Of a stretch of DNA of 64,000 nucleotides, positions 37,034 to 45,680 are shown one piece after another. The position numbers were made by a program, and so were the translations under genes. The stretch comes from Dehalococcoidia bacterium. Its GTDB lineage: Bacteria; Chloroflexota; Dehalococcoidia; UBA2979. The stretch spans positions 451,842 to 515,841 of the forward strand of contig OZ242017.1 in NCBI GenBank assembly GCA_965204835.1, written 5' to 3'. Below the pieces are notes generated by a model. It ran no database searches. It had not been told where the DNA came from and saw only the letters and a list, made by a program, of their open reading frames with translations. The first letter of the stretch is position 1. The number at the start of each line of letters is the position of its first letter.

Positions 37034-38257
37034 TTAGCCGCGCGGAAGGCCGAGCCCGCGCGTGGCGATGATGTTGCGCTGGATCTCCGAGCTGCCCCCG
37101 CCGATGGTGCCGGGGATCGTCGTGATGTAGCGCTGGGTGAACGCGGTCTTCGCCGGCGCGTACTTGTCGTCCTCGTCCCACAGGTTGGCGTACAGCCCGA
37201 AGGTCTTCATCCCGGTCCGCGCCAGCTTCTGGCGCGACTCGGAGATGAACATCTTCGCCGTCGAGGCTTCGTAGTTCGGGATCACCCCCGCGTTCTGCAT
37301 CGAGATGATGCGGAACGAGAAGTTCGCGCCGACGTCGGCCTCCAGGTAGCGGTCGGTGATCTCCCCCCGCACCGAGGGCAGCATCCGCACCTTGTCGGCG
37401 TCCCGGCCGTGCGAGAACTCGATGAGCTGCCCGATCTGGCGGCGCAGCGTCACCGCGCCGCTGATGTTCGAGCGCTCGTAGTCGAGCAGCGTCATGCCGA
37501 CGTACCAGCCGCGGTCGACCTCGCCCAGCACGTTGTCGGCCGGCGTGCGGACGTCCTCGAAGAACGTCTCGTTGAAGCCGTGCTGCCACGCCATGTTGAT
37601 GAGCGGCCGCAGGTTCAGGCCCGGCGTGTGGATGTCGTCGATGAGCAGGAACGAGATGCCGCGGTGCTTGGGCGCGTCCGGGTTGGTGCGGACCAGCGCG
37701 AAGATGGCGTCGGAGTAGTGCGCGTTCGACGTCCAGATCTTCTGGCCGTTGATCACGTACTCGTCGCCGTCGCGGATCGCGCGCGTCTGCAGCGAACCGA
37801 GGTCGGACCCCGCGCCGGGCTCGGAGTAGCCCTGCGCCCACACGGTCTCGCCGGAGAGGATCTTCGGGAGGTACTTGTCCTTCTGCTCCTCGGTGCCGTG
37901 CACGATCATCGTCGGTCCGAGGAGGCTGACGCCGGAGCCGCCGACGATCGGCGCGCCCGCCTCGGCCATCTCCTGGTTGTAGATGAACTGCTCCATGGGA
38001 CTGAGGCCCGCGCCGCCGTACTCCTCCGGCCAGTGCGGGGCGAACCAGCCGCGGTCCGATACCGCGTCGGTCCAGTCCTCGGCGGCGTCCTTGCGTTCGG
38101 CGTCGTCGGAGGCGCGGTCGGCGATCCAGCCGCCCTCGTAGCCTTCCTCGGTGCCCTCGTCGCGCATGCGGCGATAGAGGGCAGGGAGGTGCTCGTCGAT
38201 CAGGGCCTGCACTTCCTGCCGGAATGCGGCCTGCTCAGGTGTGTCGCTCCAGTCCAT
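37034..38257 (-). CDS. acyl-CoA dehydrogenase family protein
   Basis: 407 aa from MDWSDTPEQAAFRQEV. ACAD N, middle and C domains (GGSSEIQRNIIA). AAGGAGGTGA precedes the ATG. Confidence 0.85.
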   Translation of the reverse strand: MDWSDTPEQAAFRQEVQALIDEHLPALYRRMRDEGTEEGYEGGWIADRASDDAERKDAAEDWTDAVSDRGWFAPHWPEEYGGAGLSPMEQFIYNQEMAEAGAPIVGGSGVSLLGPTMIVHGTEEQKDKYLPKILSGETVWAQGYSEPGAGSDLGSLQTRAIRDGDEYVINGQKIWTSNAHYSDAIFALVRTNPDAPKHRGISFLLIDDIHTPGLNLRPLINMAWQHGFNETFFEDVRTPADNVLGEVDRGWYVGMTLLDYERSNISGAVTLRRQIGQLIEFSHGRDADKVRMLPSVRGEITDRYLEADVGANFSFRIISMQNAGVIPNYEASTAKMFISESRQKLARTGMKTFGLYANLWDEDDKYAPAKTAFTQRYITTIPGTIGGGSSEIQRNIIATRGLGLPRG

Positions 38258-38326
38258 GCCTCTCACCTCCTTGCGGTGATGCGAGGAACATAGCACGCGT
38301 TATAGGCGCGGTAGGGACGTGGATCG

Positions 38327-39985
38327 TTACCCGCCGAACGCGGCCGCGCCCCAGCCGACGGCGGCGGCGACCGCGCCCGCGAAGGCGGCCTGCTGCACGA
38401 CGAGCCTGCCCGCGAACCGCAGCCCGAGCTCGCGCCCAATGGTGATCGCGGTGACCAGGCATGGCAGCACCGTCCCGGCGAGGAACGTGGCCACCAGCAG
38501 CTGGCTCGCGCTCAACGAGGCCACGGTGCCCTCCTCGGCCAGGAGCAGGATGCCGTCCTTGCGGACGGCGGCGAGCACGGTCGGCAATGCCGCTTCCACC
38601 GGCAGTGCGAACGCGGCCATCGCCGGGCCGAGCAGGCCCCCCGCAGCGTCGAGCACGCCCGACCAGTCGAGGAGCGAGGCAACCATGGCGATCGCGAAGA
38701 AGGTCGGGAGCGCCGTGCGGAAGAACGCCCAGACCGTCCCTCGCGTCTCCGCACCGATTGCCGCGACCGACGGCCGGGTGAGGAACGTGCGCGGTTCGAT
38801 GAGCAGCGCGTTCAGCGTCGACCGCGCTTCGCGCTGGCTGATGAGGCGCGTGTAGAGCAGCGTCGTCGCGACGAGCAGCACCAGGTACGGCACGACGAGA
38901 CCGCCTCTGCCAGCGGCGGCGAAGACCGCGAGCGTCGCGCCCATCTGGTACGAGCAGGCGGACCCGAAGGAGATCGCCCCGACGGTCGTCGGGCGGGTGC
39001 AGGCAGAGCATGAGCGTGTGGAGACGATCGCCGGGACGTTGCAGCCGAAGCCCATCAGCACGCGTGTCACGTCGCGCCCGTGCAGCCCGACCGGCCGCAA
39101 CAGCGGGTGGAGCGCCGTGCCGATGCGGTCCGCGAGGCCGCTCGCCTTGTAGGCGCTGATCAGCACCGAGTAGACCAGCACCGTGGGGACCGCCCACACG
39201 AACAGCAGCGGCCCCATCGTGAGCAGCCCGTAGTCGCCGGCGAGCACGGCTCCGAGCGGTCCCGGCCAGCCCAGCACCTGCCCGGCCAGGGGCGTCGTGG
39301 CCGCCGCGGCCAGCGGATCGAGCCACGCCGCGACCTGGTTCGCGGCGAGCACGGCGATCACCGCCGGCACGATGAGGAGGATGATCGCGATCGCCGGCCC
39401 CGCGACCCTGTGGTCGAGGAGTCCGGGCCGCGGCTCGATCCGCCAACCCGCCCGCACCGGCGTCCGCTCATGGCGGACGTCGCCGGGCGCCGCGACGGCG
39501 GCCTGCAGCTCCTCGATCGCCGCGGCATCGGGGCTGCGCGCGTCGAGCACCACGAACGGCAGTCCGGTCGCCAGCGACATGCGCGCGATCGCCTCGCGAG
39601 CGGGGGCATGGTCGGCGACGAGGTCCCAGCGTGTCACGGCAATGCTCGCCCGCCTCCCCTGCACGAGCGGCAGCAGCAGGTCCAGGTCCTCGTCGAGTTG
39701 CGTCGCGGAGGCGACGAGCAGCACCTCGTCGGCGTCGGCGAGCGCCTCCAGCGTGCGACGCACGGTGTCGGCATCGGAGGCGCGGTGCAGCCCCGGCGTG
39801 TCCACGAACACCCGGCCGGGGGTCGTGTACTCGCTGCAGGGTACGGCGGTGCCGCGGAAGTTAACGTTCCGCCCGGGCTCGTCCGTCAGGGCATGGATCA
39901 GCGCGGACTTGCCGACGCTCGCACGTCCGAGGAGCAGCGTGGTGGGAGGCGCCGCAACGTCGGTGTCACTGTGTCTAGCACGCAC
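38327..39985 (-). CDS. feoB: ferrous iron transporter FeoB (GTPase plus membrane domain)
   Basis: G1 motif LLLGRASVGKSALIHALTD, G3 VDTPGLH and the polytopic membrane domain. Start uncertain (GTG at V21 of ORF 38327..40045). No feoA seen. Confidence 0.7.
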   Translation of the reverse strand: MRARHSDTDVAAPPTTLLLGRASVGKSALIHALTDEPGRNVNFRGTAVPCSEYTTPGRVFVDTPGLHRASDADTVRRTLEALADADEVLLVASATQLDEDLDLLLPLVQGRRASIAVTRWDLVADHAPAREAIARMSLATGLPFVVLDARSPDAAAIEELQAAVAAPGDVRHERTPVRAGWRIEPRPGLLDHRVAGPAIAIILLIVPAVIAVLAANQVAAWLDPLAAAATTPLAGQVLGWPGPLGAVLAGDYGLLTMGPLLFVWAVPTVLVYSVLISAYKASGLADRIGTALHPLLRPVGLHGRDVTRVLMGFGCNVPAIVSTRSCSACTRPTTVGAISFGSACSYQMGATLAVFAAAGRGGLVVPYLVLLVATTLLYTRLISQREARSTLNALLIEPRTFLTRPSVAAIGAETRGTVWAFFRTALPTFFAIAMVASLLDWSGVLDAAGGLLGPAMAAFALPVEAALPTVLAAVRKDGILLLAEEGTVASLSASQLLVATFLAGTVLPCLVTAITIGRELGLRFAGRLVVQQAAFAGAVAAAVGWGAAAFGG

Positions 39986-41132
39986 AGGATTCCACGCAGC
40001 ACGAGAGGTCGTCGAGGTACATCCCCGCCTCCCGGCGGGCCTCAACGGCCTCCGTGGTGTCCAGTCCGAAGCGCTGTGCGATCGCGTCGGCGACGACCGC
40101 GAAGCGCTGGCGGAACTTGTAGATGAAGCAGAAGTTCACGCCCCGGTGCTGGACCATCGGGCCGGCGATGAAGAGGCCGGGCACGAGCGTGGATTCGTCG
40201 GCCTCTTCCGTGACGACGACTTCGCCGTCCTCGTCGTATTCGAGCATGCCGTCGAGTTGGCTGAGCGATCCCTTGAAGCCAGTGGCGAGGATCGGGCGCG
40301 TCTCGCTCGCCCACTCGCGGCCGTCCGAGGCCCGGACGACCCAGGCGTTACCGTTCTCGTGCACCGACGTGACGTCGACATCCCCGACGAGCTCGACGGA
40401 GCCCGTGGTGTGCGCCCATGCGAGGCGCTCGCGGGTGTACGGGGAGAGGGAGATGCTCGGGTCCGGGTCGTCGCTCATCCACGATGGCGTCCGCGCCAGC
40501 ACGGTCACGTTCTTCTGCAGCTGCACGAGCGAGACGGCCGCGTCGGCGGCGCTCTCGTAGCCGCCGATCACCGTGAAGCGGTCGCCCTCGAGTTCCCGCC
40601 ATGTGCCCACGTCGGCGGAGTGGCAGCAGCAGTCGGAGCCCGAGAACGTGTGGCGCTCCGGGTACTGGAACTCCCCGGCCGCCCAGATGACATGTTGCGC
40701 GCGCACCGGTTCGTCGGCCGTCGCGAGGGTGAACGTTCCGTCGTCCTCGGTCGTGAGGGAGCAGACATCGACGCCGGACTTCACTTCGAGCTCGTAGTAC
40801 TGAACAACGGCCTCGAGGTACTGCGCGTAGGCGCTTCCGCTGGGGTGTTCGCGGTCGAGCGAGAAGGCCGGGGACGTGCCGGGCGCGACCGCGTTGAGGT
40901 CGAGCAGCCCGAACGCGTTCGAGGTGAACGACGGGGTGATGAAGCGCATCTCGCGCGGCCATCGCCGGAACGAGGCGCCCACCTCGTGGCGGTCGAGGAT
41001 GGCGACGTCTTCGACGCCAAACTCCTTGAGGGCGGCCGCACATCCGATCCCGGCCGCACCGGCGCCCACGATCGCGACCTGGTGGAGGCCCGTGGCCTGG
41101 TCCCGCTGCTGTAGTGTGCCAGTCGCGCGCAT
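39975..41132 (-). CDS. FAD/NAD(P)-binding oxidoreductase (flavin monooxygenase / pyridine nucleotide-disulfide oxidoreductase-like)
   Basis: VAIVGAGAAGIGCAAAL dinucleotide-binding motif. GGGAGGA is 7 nt before the ATG. It overlaps the feoB start by about 11 nt. Confidence 0.7.
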   Translation of the reverse strand: MRATGTLQQRDQATGLHQVAIVGAGAAGIGCAAALKEFGVEDVAILDRHEVGASFRRWPREMRFITPSFTSNAFGLLDLNAVAPGTSPAFSLDREHPSGSAYAQYLEAVVQYYELEVKSGVDVCSLTTEDDGTFTLATADEPVRAQHVIWAAGEFQYPERHTFSGSDCCCHSADVGTWRELEGDRFTVIGGYESAADAAVSLVQLQKNVTVLARTPSWMSDDPDPSISLSPYTRERLAWAHTTGSVELVGDVDVTSVHENGNAWVVRASDGREWASETRPILATGFKGSLSQLDGMLEYDEDGEVVVTEEADESTLVPGLFIAGPMVQHRGVNFCFIYKFRQRFAVVADAIAQRFGLDTTEAVEARREAGMYLDDLSCCVESCAC

Positions 41133-41183
41133 GCGCCGTTCCTCCCGAGGTCGTACTTGTGATTCCCGGTCTCACAGAGCAAG

Positions 41184-41203
41184 TAATGATATGTCGTATC
41201 ACT
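41184..41203. promoter_or_regulatory. AT-rich imperfect palindrome AATGATATgtcgTATCACT about 50 nt upstream of the oxidoreductase-feoB pair, a candidate Fur-family operator
   Basis: Inverted TGATA/TATCA arms seen in the sequence. The position is promoter-proximal to an iron-transport gene. Confidence 0.3.
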
Positions 41204-41462
41204 TCGCGAGTCCACTGCAAGCCCCTGGCGTTCTGTGTCGTCGGTGGCCCGGTCGGTGGTCCAGCCACCCGCATAGCCGGGCCGCGTAGACGTCCTCGAA
41301 CCGTCGTCGCGCAGGCGCCGGATACGGGTCCGGGAGATGCGCATCGGTGAGCGCCCGCACTCCTGTCGAAGCGCGGCCTGCTCGGGAGCGGCCTTCCAGT
41401 GCATGCTCCTCGCGGCGGTGCGCGAGCACAGCATGCGCTCGAGGTGTTGGGGCGCCTCCGCG

Positions 41463-42356
41463 CTACGCGGGCACGCGCAAGTGGCTGACGAGGAACGCGC
41501 CGGCCTCGTCGTAGAGCGCGGCCGGCACGTCGCCGTGATCACCGTCGTACCAGCGCAGCGTCTTCGGCTCGCCGAAGGCCTCCTGCAGCCGCTCGCCCGC
41601 ACCCTCACCCACGACCGTGTCGCGGGTGCCGTTGATCACGATCACCTCGCGGCCCGCGGACATCGGCGCGAACACGATCGGGTCGGTGAGGTCGAAGATC
41701 ATGCGCTCCTCGGCGGCGAGGTCGGCGAACTCGGTGCCCGCCACCTCGAAGCCCGAATACGGCCCGGAGCCGCCGATGAAGAACGCGCCGGTGCGCACGC
41801 GCTCGTCGAGCCCGAAGAACGGCGCGCCGACCCTCGTGCCCATCGAGACGCCGCAGAAGCCGATGGCGTCGTCGAGTACGTCGTCACGCGAGCACAGGTA
41901 GTCCACGGTGCGCATCAGGTCCTGCACGTTCTGGATGCGCTGGTCGCGCGTGCGGAACATCAGGTCCGGGCGGTCGCGCATGAGCCGCCCGCGGTTGTCC
42001 GCCTGCTCGCGCGCGCCGAACCCCGGCGCGTCGACGGCAACGCACATCACGCCGTGCGCCAGCGCCCACTCGACGTCGACGGGCCGGCTCGCCCACATGT
42101 GGCGGCCCATGGCCGTCGAACCGTGCTGGAGGATGATCGCCGGGAACGGGCCGCCCTCGGCGGGGTAGGTGAGCGTCGCCGTCACGCGGTCGTCGTGCGT
42201 CGTGCCGAAGGTGACGCGCTCGCGGGCGAGGCTGTCGACCGGTTCGAAGTTGCCGTCGCGCACCACCATGACGGCGTCGCGCTCGCTCGTCGGGAGCAGC
42301 GGCAGGGTGCGGTCGTAGCGGTAGAGATGCCGGATTACGTTGGTGTCGACGCCCAT
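41463..42356 (-). CDS. alpha/beta hydrolase (dienelactone hydrolase-like)
   Basis: 297 aa from MGVDTNVI with nucleophile elbow GVSMG. GGAGGA is 4 nt before the ATG. Divergent from the fused CoA-transferase gene. Confidence 0.7.
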   Translation of the reverse strand: MGVDTNVIRHLYRYDRTLPLLPTSERDAVMVVRDGNFEPVDSLARERVTFGTTHDDRVTATLTYPAEGGPFPAIILQHGSTAMGRHMWASRPVDVEWALAHGVMCVAVDAPGFGAREQADNRGRLMRDRPDLMFRTRDQRIQNVQDLMRTVDYLCSRDDVLDDAIGFCGVSMGTRVGAPFFGLDERVRTGAFFIGGSGPYSGFEVAGTEFADLAAEERMIFDLTDPIVFAPMSAGREVIVINGTRDTVVGEGAGERLQEAFGEPKTLRWYDGDHGDVPAALYDEAGAFLVSHLRVPA

Positions 42357-42517
42357 CGCGTCCTCCGATCGTGTGGTCGCGGGAGTGGCCGCCACGATAC
42401 AGCGCCCGATGAGCCCTCGGCGCACCCGACGGGTCGGAGGCCCTCGGACGGCGCGAGGCCGCTCCCGCGCGTGTATGCTCCGCGCCAGCGAGGGCTCCTC
42501 GCCGCCGGGGGACTCCC

Positions 42518-45043
42518 ATGACCGACACCATGCCGCTCGACGACGTGCGCGTGCTGGATCTGACGCGCCACGCCGCCGGACCCTTCGCCACACGCCTGCT
42601 CGCCGACTACGGCGCCGACGTGATCAAGATCGAGCCGCCCGAGGGCGACCCCGCCCGACGCCTCCCGCCGTTCATGGGCGACGACCCGGGCCCCGACCGC
42701 AGCGGCATGTTCCTGTTCCTCAACACCAACAAGCGCAGCGTCGTGCTCGACCTCAAGACCGACGAGGGCCGCGACCGCTTCCTCGAACTCGCCCGGGGCG
42801 CCGACGTGGTGGTCGAGAACTTCATGCCGGGCACGCTCGACCGGCTGGGGATCGGCTACGAGACGCTGCGCGAGGCGAACCCGCGGCTCGTGCTCACCTC
42901 GATCTCCAACTTCGGGCAGGACGGGCCGTACCGCGACTGGGCGGGGACGGACCTCACGCTGTACGCGATGGGCGGGCCGATGCTCGCCTCCGGCGAGGCC
43001 AGCTATGAGCCGGTGAAGACCGCCGGGCGCATGACCAGCTACCACACGGGGCTCGTCGGCGCGCTCGCCACCGCCGTGGCCATCCGCGGCGCGGAGCTGC
43101 GCGGCGAGGGCGAGCACGTCGACGTCAACCTCTACGAGACCGCGCTGCACTCGATCGACATCCGGCTCGCGCGGCTGATGATGTACCAGTACACCGGCCA
43201 GTACGTGACGCGGCCGACGCTCGCGGCGGGTGTCGGCAGCGGCGTGTACCCGTGCGCCGACGGCTTCTTCCTGATGTCGAACGGCCCGCAGCGCATCCAC
43301 ACCGCGCTGCGCATGATGGGCTACGAGGACCTCCTCGAGACGCCCGAGTGGTCCACCGTCGAGGCGTGCTCGCATGTCGACCGCATCGACGAGTTCAACG
43401 CGCTGGCCTTCCCGTGGCTGCTCTCGCACACGCGCGCCGAGATCCGCAAGGCGTGCGAGGTACACGGCGTGATGGCCGGACCGATCAACAGCGTCGCCGA
43501 CCTCTTCGAGGACGAGAACTTCCGGTACCGCGAGTTCTTCCAGACCATCGACCACCCGGAGACGGGGCCCCTCGAGTACCCCGGCTACCACTTCCGGCTA
43601 CACCGCCCCGAGGGCGCGATGCCGGAGCGCCGCCGCGCGCCGCTGCTCGGTGAGCACACCGACGAGGTGCTCGCCGAACTGCCGCGCGGACGTCCTACCC
43701 CGGCCGCCACGCCGGGCCGGGGCGCCGGGTGGACCTCGGGCGACCTCCCGCTGAAGGGCGTGCGCATCGTCGACTTCACGGTCGTCCTCGCCGGCCCCTA
43801 CGGCGCGATGCAGCTCGCCGACTGGGGCGCCGAGGTCATCCGCGTCGAGTCGACGCAGCACTTCGCCTCGGCGACGCGGGGACTGCTGGCGCGTCCGCCG
43901 CAGGAGTTCGTCGACGCGATGGCGCAGGCCGGGGCGGGCATCGGCTACCCCGACAACACCGCTGGCGAGCGCCCGTGGAACCGCGGCTCCGTCTTCAACA
44001 GCCACGCCCGCAACAAGCTCTCGATGACCGTCGACCTGACCCGGCCCGAGGGCCAGGAGGTGCTCCACCGGCTGGTCGAGATCTCCGACGGGCTGATGGA
44101 GAACAACCTGCCGCCGAACATCGAGCGGCAGGGGGTGAGCTGGGACGCGCTGTCGGCGGTCAACCCGAACCTCGTGATGGTGCGCATCCCGGCGTTCGGC
44201 ATCGACGGGCCGTACCGCGCCTACCGCACGTACGGGAACCACATGGAGGCGATCGCCGGGCACCCGGCGATCCGCAGCTACCCCGGTCTCAGCCTGGAGT
44301 ACGCGCCGCTCGGGGTGCCCTCGGACGCGGCGTCGGGGATGGGCAACGCGTACGCGTTCATGATGGGGCTGCGCCAGCGCGAGCGGACCGGCAAGGGGCT
44401 GCTCGTCGAGGTCGCGACGGCGGAGAACTTCGTCCCGCTGATCGGCGAGTTCATCATGGACTACTCGATGAACGGCCGGCTGTGGGAGCAGATGGGCAAC
44501 GACCACTGGTGGCTCGCGCCGCACAACGTCTACCGCTGCCGCGGCGACGACGCGTGGGTCACCATCGCCGTCACCAACGAGGCGCAGTGGCCGCTGCTCT
44601 GCGAGGCGATCCGCCGCGAGGACCTCGCCGACGACCCGCGCTTCGCCGACATGGCCGCGCGCTACCAGCACCGCCGTGAGCTCGACGCCATCATCGGCGA
44701 GTGGACCGCGGAGCGGGACGCTCGCTGGGTGGCGCAGCGCCTCCAGTTCGACGGCATCCCCGCGGGCGCCGTGATGTCGGAGGTCGATGCGTACGAGGAC
44801 CGCCACCTCCACGAGCGCGGCTTCTTCCAGGAGATCACGCACCCCGAGGCGGGCACACATCAGCACGTCGGTCCCGCGTGGACGGCGAGCGGCACGCCCC
44901 ACCCGCCGCCGCGCCATGCGCCGCTGCTGGGCCAGGACAACGAGTACGTCTACAAGGAGCTGCTCGGCTTCTCGGACGCCGACTACCGGCGGTTCGAGGA
45001 GATGGGGCACATCGGCGACGAGTTCATCCCCTCGATCCCGTAA
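42518..45043 (+). CDS. tandem-domain (fused) family III CoA transferase (two CaiB/BaiF domains in one 841-aa protein)
   Basis: The N domain starts LDDVRVLDLTRHAAGP. After a linker, the second domain starts LKGVRIVDFTVVLAGPYG. The two halves are paralogous to the separate genes 20228..21451 and 18915..20231. Confidence 0.85.
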   Translation: MTDTMPLDDVRVLDLTRHAAGPFATRLLADYGADVIKIEPPEGDPARRLPPFMGDDPGPDRSGMFLFLNTNKRSVVLDLKTDEGRDRFLELARGADVVVENFMPGTLDRLGIGYETLREANPRLVLTSISNFGQDGPYRDWAGTDLTLYAMGGPMLASGEASYEPVKTAGRMTSYHTGLVGALATAVAIRGAELRGEGEHVDVNLYETALHSIDIRLARLMMYQYTGQYVTRPTLAAGVGSGVYPCADGFFLMSNGPQRIHTALRMMGYEDLLETPEWSTVEACSHVDRIDEFNALAFPWLLSHTRAEIRKACEVHGVMAGPINSVADLFEDENFRYREFFQTIDHPETGPLEYPGYHFRLHRPEGAMPERRRAPLLGEHTDEVLAELPRGRPTPAATPGRGAGWTSGDLPLKGVRIVDFTVVLAGPYGAMQLADWGAEVIRVESTQHFASATRGLLARPPQEFVDAMAQAGAGIGYPDNTAGERPWNRGSVFNSHARNKLSMTVDLTRPEGQEVLHRLVEISDGLMENNLPPNIERQGVSWDALSAVNPNLVMVRIPAFGIDGPYRAYRTYGNHMEAIAGHPAIRSYPGLSLEYAPLGVPSDAASGMGNAYAFMMGLRQRERTGKGLLVEVATAENFVPLIGEFIMDYSMNGRLWEQMGNDHWWLAPHNVYRCRGDDAWVTIAVTNEAQWPLLCEAIRREDLADDPRFADMAARYQHRRELDAIIGEWTAERDARWVAQRLQFDGIPAGAVMSEVDAYEDRHLHERGFFQEITHPEAGTHQHVGPAWTASGTPHPPPRHAPLLGQDNEYVYKELLGFSDADYRRFEEMGHIGDEFIPSIP

Positions 45044-45072
45044 CGGGCGAGGCGCCGCGGCGGCTGTGAGCG

Positions 45073-45312
45073 GTGATGACCATGAGGACGTTTGACAGGA
45101 TCACCGTCGCCCCCGAGGTCATGGGCGGTAAGGCCTGCATCCGCGGGCTGCGCGTCACGGTGGCGACCATCGTTGGGTTGCTGGCGGCAGGCCACTCGCC
45201 TGCGGAGATCCTCAGCGCCTATCCCTACCTCGAACGGCAGGACATCGACCAGGCACTCGCCTACGCGGCCTGGAGACTCGAGGAACGCGAGGTTCCCCTC
45301 TCGACGCCGTGA
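45073..45312 (+). CDS. DUF433 domain protein (orphan; no DUF5615 partner)
   Basis: FDRITVAPEVMGGKACIRGLRVTV, a paralog of 21623..21850. Confidence 0.65.
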   Translation: MMTMRTFDRITVAPEVMGGKACIRGLRVTVATIVGLLAAGHSPAEILSAYPYLERQDIDQALAYAAWRLEEREVPLSTP

Positions 45313-45459
45313 GGCCGAAGCTCCTCTCCGGGCCGCGGTCGCAGCCGCTCTGGTTCAGCACGAGGAAGACCTGTCGGTAGGCGCTCTCGTCGTAGTCGAC
45401 CAAGGCCGGAGCAGGGTCCGGGTTTGCCGATCTGAGGGCGCGCCCCGGTGTCGCGCGGA

Positions 45460-45535
45460 TGGCGCCCCCGGGAGGATTCGAACCTCCGGCCTTCGGATTA
45501 GAAGTCCGTTGCTCTGTCCACTGAGCTACAGGGGC
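45460..45535 (-). tRNA. tRNA-Arg (anticodon TCT)
   Basis: Reverse-complement cloverleaf: acceptor GCCCCTG/CGGGGGC (one G-U pair), anticodon loop CTTCTAA, T-loop TTCGAAT, CCA. Confidence 0.85.
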
Positions 45536-45638
45536 GATGTGCGAGGCGACAGTGGCCGAACCATCGTACCGCGCCCGCATGCCCGGTGGCGCCCGGGCGC
45601 GGCCGATTTCACGAATGTAATTCCAATCACTTATATAG

Positions 45639-45666
45639 TTGCTTCTTCTAACACAGTGGTTATAAT
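45639..45666 (+). promoter_or_regulatory. near-consensus sigma70-type promoter TTGCTT-N16-TATAAT in an AT-rich island, about 15 nt upstream of the surface-protein ATG
   Basis: Seen directly. The surrounding ~70 nt are strikingly AT-rich for this genome. The leader is very short and has no SD. Confidence 0.5.
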
Positions 45667-45680
45667 GAGCCCCCATCACC

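Noticed and set aside
39986-40045. N-terminal extension of feoB to the first ORF-track Met
   Set aside because: It lies inside the upstream oxidoreductase coding region. A GTG start 14 residues before the G1 motif is more plausible, but the true start remains uncertain.
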